From NCBI GenBank assembly GCA_903889905.1, contig CAISZI010000047.1, forward strand, positions 16,096 to 80,095: a stretch of 64,000 nt of DNA, in the 5' to 3' direction. The notes beneath the pieces are model-generated. The model saw only the letters and a program-made list of their open reading frames with translations, was not told where the DNA came from and did not search any database. Origin of the DNA: Candidatus Wirthbacteria bacterium. GTDB lineage: Bacteria > Patescibacteriota > CG2-30-54-11. Shown piece by piece: positions 59,280 through 64,000 of this stretch (positions within the stretch are counted from its first letter, which is position 1; each line of letters opens with the position of its first letter). A program made the translations under genes and the position numbers.

Positions 59280-59287
59280 ATGATTCT

Positions 59288-60043
59288 CTACCTCCGATAA
59301 CTCCCCACCGTCCCCAAAATCTGCTCGTGCACCAAGCCATTGCTCGCTACCACACAACGCGTATCGATTGTCAGTGGTTGCCCGCCAAAGTCTGTGAATT
59401 TTCCGCCTGCTTCCTCAACCAGCAGCTGACCTGCAAATTCCGGATAAACATCTTTATTCAAACTAACCGCCGCTTCCACCCTGCCACAGGCGACATAGGC
59501 ATATTGCAATCCAAACGACCCTACATTCCGGATGCGCGCCTGATCAAACAGTTCATCCAGCAACAAAATATTCTTTTTACGCTGGGCGACATCAGAACTG
59601 TGACTATCGAACAAATAACATAAATCGTTCTGCTTGTGGTTAACCTTAACCGGCTGCTCATTGAGCCAAACGCCTTTGCCGCGCTCAGAGCAAAACAGCT
59701 CTTTCATACTCGGGTCATATACTACAGCAAAATCGACTTCGCCATAATGAAGATGGCTCACAACAACCGCGTAATGCGGCAACCCGTGCAGGTAATTATA
59801 AGTACAGCTAATCGGGTCAATAATCCACACGTTGTCACCAGCTACATACTGGTCACTCAGTTCTTCGGCAAATACCAGATGATCACTGCCAAAAGATTTA
59901 ACCAGCACAGTGATTGCTTGCTCAATGCCGATATCCTGCTCCGTCAGCGACTGTTTTTTGACGCCGATGTCATCAATATTCCCGGCTTTCCCAACCAACT
60001 CGTCCCCGCATCGCCTTACCAGATCAACGACTTGCTCATACAT
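59288..60043 (-). CDS. Inositol monophosphatase family protein (SuhB/CysQ-like)
   Basis: WIIDPISCTYNY metal-binding motif (WxIDPxDGT-like) and C-terminal GG...D motifs of the IMPase fold. Confidence 0.8.
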   Translation of the reverse strand: MYEQVVDLVRRCGDELVGKAGNIDDIGVKKQSLTEQDIGIEQAITVLVKSFGSDHLVFAEELSDQYVAGDNVWIIDPISCTYNYLHGLPHYAVVVSHLHYGEVDFAVVYDPSMKELFCSERGKGVWLNEQPVKVNHKQNDLCYLFDSHSSDVAQRKKNILLLDELFDQARIRNVGSFGLQYAYVACGRVEAAVSLNKDVYPEFAGQLLVEEAGGKFTDFGGQPLTIDTRCVVASNGLVHEQILGTVGSYRR

Positions 60044-60185
60044 GATCAGATCCTCGCCATAATTAAACGCCCAGACAGAATAACACTGGCTGCAAGGTAA
60101 AACAAAGCCTTCCAGCGGTATCGTTTCCTAAATCCCCCCAACCCGTTATAATCCCCTTATCCATTTCTTACTCAAACAAAACCCC

Positions 60186-61418
60186 TTGCTCCGCAAAATC
60201 CTCATGACTCCCATCATGCTGCTCTTCACCCTGCTTACCGTTTCCGGCTTGCTTTGGAACCGGCTCGAGAGCGTGCTGCTGGATACCAATTTCCTCAAGC
60301 ATGAAATTGCACAAACCAATTTCTATACTAACCTGGACACCGACCTGAGCAAATGGATCCTGTCGCAACGCGACGAACTGGTTGCTCAAAACCCAAACAC
60401 CACCGGCAGCAAACTAGTGGAGGCTGTGCCTGTGGATCAAGTTTTCAGTTCAATCATTACACCTGCCTGGATTCAGACCACGACTGAATCGGTACTGGAC
60501 CAGGTCAAAAGTTTCCTGTCATCCAAGTCAGACCAACTTAGCATTTCAATTCCGCTTAAATCGCTCAAAGACGCCATGCTGGTGGCAACAAAGCAAACGG
60601 CGCTCGACAAAATTTCCCAACTGCGCGAGTGCAACTACCGCGAGGTTCTGCAGCTGGGCGAAACTACCATTACCGACCTCATCTGCCGCCCAGCCGGCAT
60701 GGCCATACCCACCACTGATGTGAACCAGGCAGTGACGACACAGTTCAACAGCTTTATGCAGAATGTGCCAGACACGCTCACACTCAACTCCCGAGACCTG
60801 AACACCGTCGTGAATGTTGCGCCAAACAGCACGCCTGCCGATGTCGCTGCCACCGACATCATTCAGGGCGCACCCAACCTGGGCAATTTGCAACAAAACC
60901 TGACATCGACACGCAACACTTTCAACGACGTCGTTAAGATTGCCAGACTTTGGGTCGTGGCAGATATTGTCCTCTTCGCGCTCCTGATGTTATTAAACAA
61001 AAAACGCCTGTCATCATTGCTCAAACTGCTCGGCACATTGTGTCTGGATATTGGCCTGTCCCTTGCGGTGACTGCCTATGGTGGACGCGAACTGGCTAAT
61101 CAGATCCCCAAACTCATAACAAACTATGCCACCACTCTCTCTCCAACAGTGGAGACGTTGCTGCTTAAATTGCCTCAAGACTACCTTCATGCCATCACTT
61201 CAACTTTTGAAATCCCTTCCATCAGTTTGATCGTGGGGGGAATTCTATTGCTCATTGTCGGTTTTATTGTGCAACACCGTCGCTCACAGGGGCGGAAAGC
61301 TGCTGCACCACTGCCTCCAGCTGAGCAAACACTTCAGCCCGCAGGGGATGTGCCGGTTCCAGCTGCCGTACCAACTCCACCAGTTGCGCCAGTTTTACCA
61401 GCAGCAGCTGAATCCTGA
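60186..61418 (+). CDS. Hypothetical membrane protein with a Pro/Ala-rich C-terminal tail
   Basis: N-terminal TM helix, large extracytoplasmic region, 3-4 C-terminal TM helices; the tail overlaps the convergent gene by 155 nt. Confidence 0.5.
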   Translation: MLRKILMTPIMLLFTLLTVSGLLWNRLESVLLDTNFLKHEIAQTNFYTNLDTDLSKWILSQRDELVAQNPNTTGSKLVEAVPVDQVFSSIITPAWIQTTTESVLDQVKSFLSSKSDQLSISIPLKSLKDAMLVATKQTALDKISQLRECNYREVLQLGETTITDLICRPAGMAIPTTDVNQAVTTQFNSFMQNVPDTLTLNSRDLNTVVNVAPNSTPADVAATDIIQGAPNLGNLQQNLTSTRNTFNDVVKIARLWVVADIVLFALLMLLNKKRLSSLLKLLGTLCLDIGLSLAVTAYGGRELANQIPKLITNYATTLSPTVETLLLKLPQDYLHAITSTFEIPSISLIVGGILLLIVGFIVQHRRSQGRKAAAPLPPAEQTLQPAGDVPVPAAVPTPPVAPVLPAAAES

Positions 61419-62523
61419 CCTCGATCGTAGCCTCATGAACTGCCTTGGTAACATGCGCTTTTTGGGTTTCGTCAACATCTTTTTTGAACACCAGTTCACA
61501 CTTCATCTCTTTTTCCAGCTTATCCAGATATTCCTGCTCCAGCGCACTCGCGAGCCCAACCTTGGCCCGATGCGCCAGATATTTCACAATCCAGTGCAAA
61601 TACTCCACCACTTGATCCTGCCATTTCCCGCTGCTTTGACCGGTCTCGGCAGCTGACCCATGGGTCAGCTGCATGGCGAGGATACCAACAGATGGCAGGA
61701 TACTGGAACGAAGACCGGTCGATCTAAAATGATTTTTTGATCCAGCATTTTTAACAATGCCGGTAGCATTGCTCTGACCGTTTCCATCTCCCATGCCACG
61801 ACCAGTCCCTGATTCTGTTCCATGACCACTACCCAAACCAGATTGGCTTCCTTTTTCAAAATCTCCGCCTATCCCACTGCCCTGTCCACCACCCGCAGCA
61901 AGCGGTACTTCTGCCAATAACTTCTGTAGTTCTCGCATCAGTTCTGCCAAATCGGAATTGATCGGCTTGATGACACGCGTGTATTTTCCCTTGTCGACAA
62001 CAAGCTCTCTGGCCGTCACCTTGCGGTATTCGGCGTGCAGTAACGACACATGGGAAATTCCCTGTTTTTTAAATGCCGCAAGCGTCAATTTCTCGTCGCC
62101 CAGCGCGTCCTGTTCAAAGACAAAGATATAAATAAATCCTTTCACTTCCTCAGGCATCACGCCAGGATGGAAAACGATCCGTCCAATCTTATACTTTTTG
62201 AAATACTCGAGCAGTTTACCCGAAGCAATCGACTCGGCATTAAATGTCCGGCCATTCACCACCATCAAATTGTGGTCTTCTTCCACGACTAGGTCCTTGC
62301 CAGCCACCAAAAAGTCCGCTAGCTGCCGTGTAAATTCGGCAATCCTGCCTGCAATGATCGGGTGATCAAGGCTGTTGTCCTTGCGATACAGGTAAGCGTT
62401 ACTGATCGCAAGCCCAAATTGACGCAGCAAAGTCTTGTAAAGTCCCTGGACTTCAAAGTCTTTGACCGAGATTTGGATGTTACCAACAGGACCCGTAAAC
62501 ATACTATTTCCTATAAGAATCAT
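61264..62523 (-). CDS. Hypothetical soluble protein with a Gly/Ser-rich low-complexity centre and a helical C-terminus
   Basis: 419-aa stop-free frame; no TM helix; its last 51 codons overlap the convergent gene. Confidence 0.5.
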   Translation of the reverse strand: MILIGNSMFTGPVGNIQISVKDFEVQGLYKTLLRQFGLAISNAYLYRKDNSLDHPIIAGRIAEFTRQLADFLVAGKDLVVEEDHNLMVVNGRTFNAESIASGKLLEYFKKYKIGRIVFHPGVMPEEVKGFIYIFVFEQDALGDEKLTLAAFKKQGISHVSLLHAEYRKVTARELVVDKGKYTRVIKPINSDLAELMRELQKLLAEVPLAAGGGQGSGIGGDFEKGSQSGLGSGHGTESGTGRGMGDGNGQSNATGIVKNAGSKNHFRSTGLRSSILPSVGILAMQLTHGSAAETGQSSGKWQDQVVEYLHWIVKYLAHRAKVGLASALEQEYLDKLEKEMKCELVFKKDVDETQKAHVTKAVHEATIEVRIQLLLVKLAQLVELVRQLEPAHPLRAEVFAQLEAVVQQLSAPVSDGVAQ

Positions 62524-62604
62524 TTAATTTTACCATAGAAATCCCCTTTTTGTCGTCTCGACATTGAGTTAATCCCGTTTTTAGGTTAAACTACTTACTT
62601 GCAC

Positions 62605-62634
62605 AAGACGAACGGCACAACCGTTCTCTTTTTT
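62605..62634 (+). terminator. Terminator-like hairpin in the typA 5' leader (possible attenuator)
   Basis: GAACGG-cacaa-CCGTTC followed by TCTTTTTT, 24 nt upstream of the typA ATG on the same strand. Confidence 0.35.
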
Positions 62635-62657
62635 ATCTCTATGCTTTGAGTTTCTTT

Positions 62658-64000
62658 ATGGACATTCGCAACATCGCCATCATCGCCCACGTCGACCATG
62701 GCAAAACGACACTGACTGACGCCATCATGCGATACACTGGCATGGTGAATGACAACGCCTCCATGGACTCCAATGCACTGGAGCAGGAACGTGGTATCAC
62801 CATTTATGCCAAAAACGCCTCGTTTGAATACAAAGGCCACAAAATCAACATCGTCGACACCCCCGGGCATGCCGACTTCGGCTCCGAAGTGGAACGCGTG
62901 CTGCAGGCCATCGACGCTGTGCTGCTGGTGGTGGACGCTCAGGACGGGCCCATGCCGCAGACCAAATTCGTACTCAAAAAATCGCTCGAGCTCGGCCGCA
63001 AAGCCATCGTCATCATCAACAAAATCGATAAGCTTGCCGCCCGCCCACTCGAAGTCCAGGAAATGGTCTTTGAACTCTTCATGGACCTGGGCGCGACCGA
63101 AGAACAACTCGATTTCACCACGGTCTACGCCATTGCCAAACAAGGCATTGCCAAACGCAACCTCGAGGACGCATCCACGGATGTCTCACCGCTGCTGGAC
63201 ACTATTTTGGAACAGGTTGCACCCGTTGAAGCCAATACCAATGTGCCGCTCCGCATGCAGCCATTTAACCTCGGTTACGACAACTTTCTGGGCCGGCTCG
63301 CTGTCGGCCGTGTCTACGAAGGTATTATCAAAAACGGCCAGCAGGTGATTGTCAAAAAGACCGACGGCACCACCCGCAACGCCAAAATCACCAAACTGTT
63401 TACCTTCAGGGGCATGACCAAAGTTGAAACCGCCCAATCCGAAGCTGGTGATATTGTCATGGTGGCTGGCTTGAGCGATATCGACATTGGTGAAACCATT
63501 TGTGTGACCGCAGATCAAGTGGCTCTGCCTGCCATTACCGTGGACGAACCTACGATCAGTCTCGATTTCATGGTCAACAATTCTCCCTTTGCCGGTCGCG
63601 AAGGCAAATTCGTCACCAGCCGCCAGATCAAGGAACGGCTGGAACGCGAACTCGAAATCAACATCGGCCTCAAAATCGATTTCAACAGCTATGACCATTA
63701 CAAAGTTTATGGCCGTGGAGAACTGCATATCGCCATTCTGCTCGAAAATCTCCGCCGCGAAGGCTATGAACTGCAGGTTTCCCAACCCCAGGTCATCATC
63801 AAACAAATCGACGGCAAACGGAATGAACCTTTTGAAGAAGTCACCATCGACCTGCCTCCCGAAATGGTTGGCATTGTCATGGAAAAAATCGGCACACGCC
63901 GCGGACAACTCCAGGAAATGAAACCTGTGCATGGCATGACACGACTCGTCTTTGAAATGCCCACACGCGGCATTCTCGGCTATCATTCGCAGTTCATGGT
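62658..64000 (+). CDS. typA: Translational GTPase TypA/BipA (3' end beyond the window)
   Basis: G1 [10 protein letters not shown]2/G3 DTPGH, G4 NKID; BipA-specific domain order recognisable; frame open to the window edge. Confidence 0.95.
   Translation, partial: MDIRNIAIIAHVDHGKTTLTDAIMRYTGMVNDNASMDSNALEQERGITIYAKNASFEYKGHKINIVDTPGHADFGSEVERVLQAIDAVLLVVDAQDGPMPQTKFVLKKSLELGRKAIVIINKIDKLAARPLEVQEMVFELFMDLGATEEQLDFTTVYAIAKQGIAKRNLEDASTDVSPLLDTILEQVAPVEANTNVPLRMQPFNLGYDNFLGRLAVGRVYEGIIKNGQQVIVKKTDGTTRNAKITKLFTFRGMTKVETAQSEAGDIVMVAGLSDIDIGETICVTADQVALPAITVDEPTISLDFMVNNSPFAGREGKFVTSRQIKERLERELEINIGLKIDFNSYDHYKVYGRGELHIAILLENLRREGYELQVSQPQVIIKQIDGKRNEPFEEVTIDLPPEMVGIVMEKIGTRRGQLQEMKPVHGMTRLVFEMPTRGILGYHSQFM

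Noticed and set aside
62595-63986. Two minus-strand ORFs of 182 and 266 aa
   Set aside because: Antisense to typA/bipA. Gly/Asp/His-rich composition typical of the reverse strand of a GTPase gene.
1-64000. CRISPR arrays, rRNA, tRNA, transposases, integrases
   Set aside because: No short regularly spaced direct repeats, no rRNA-like or cloverleaf-like conserved stretches in the intergenic regions, and no DDE or tyrosine-recombinase motifs. The palindromic elements reported are single hairpins, not arrays.

Overview
This is a gene-dense 64 kb window at roughly 50% GC from an anaerobic, non-model bacterium; the lineage is not identifiable from sequence alone. Most of it is chromosomal core. The anchor blocks are: a compact six-gene lysine/diaminopimelate operon (lysC-dapB-dapA-asd-lysA-dapL, minus strand, 46978-41623); a pyruvate:ferredoxin oxidoreductase - rubredoxin - flavodiiron protein cluster (36391-41522); and a trimeric HndA/HndC/HydA-type [FeFe] hydrogenase locus split by a SAM methyltransferase gene (54329-59138). 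Other recognisable genes are a DEAD-box helicase, an ABC-F ATPase, an MMPL/RND transporter, a DnaQ-like exonuclease, msrB-msrA, a MacB-type ABC gene abutting an MFS gene, an FtsX permease with its ABC ATPase, an FTR1 iron permease, an ECF sigma / anti-sigma pair preceded by an HD-domain gene, a MarR regulator with an MFS gene, an IMPase-family phosphatase, and a 3'-truncated typA/bipA. There is also a 1625-aa surface protein carrying a GH5-like domain and C-terminal DUF4214 repeats. I found no rRNA, tRNA, CRISPR array, transposase or integrase. The material worth a second look is of four kinds. (1) Several GC-rich structured intergenic elements: a nested ~105-nt inverted repeat inside the lysine operon, a symmetric three-hairpin palindromic element after hydA, and a direct-repeat-plus-hairpin block between por and the rubredoxin gene. 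(2) AT-rich islands of unknown genes, including one reading frame split by a single in-frame TAA (4990-5868). (3) A triple-tandem YbjQ-domain protein flanked by a stand-alone exonuclease and a membrane-anchored HNH-like nuclease. (4) A 155-nt convergent gene overlap at 61264-61418. I cannot demonstrate a new defence or other system from sequence alone. The candidates are flagged below with explicit tests.
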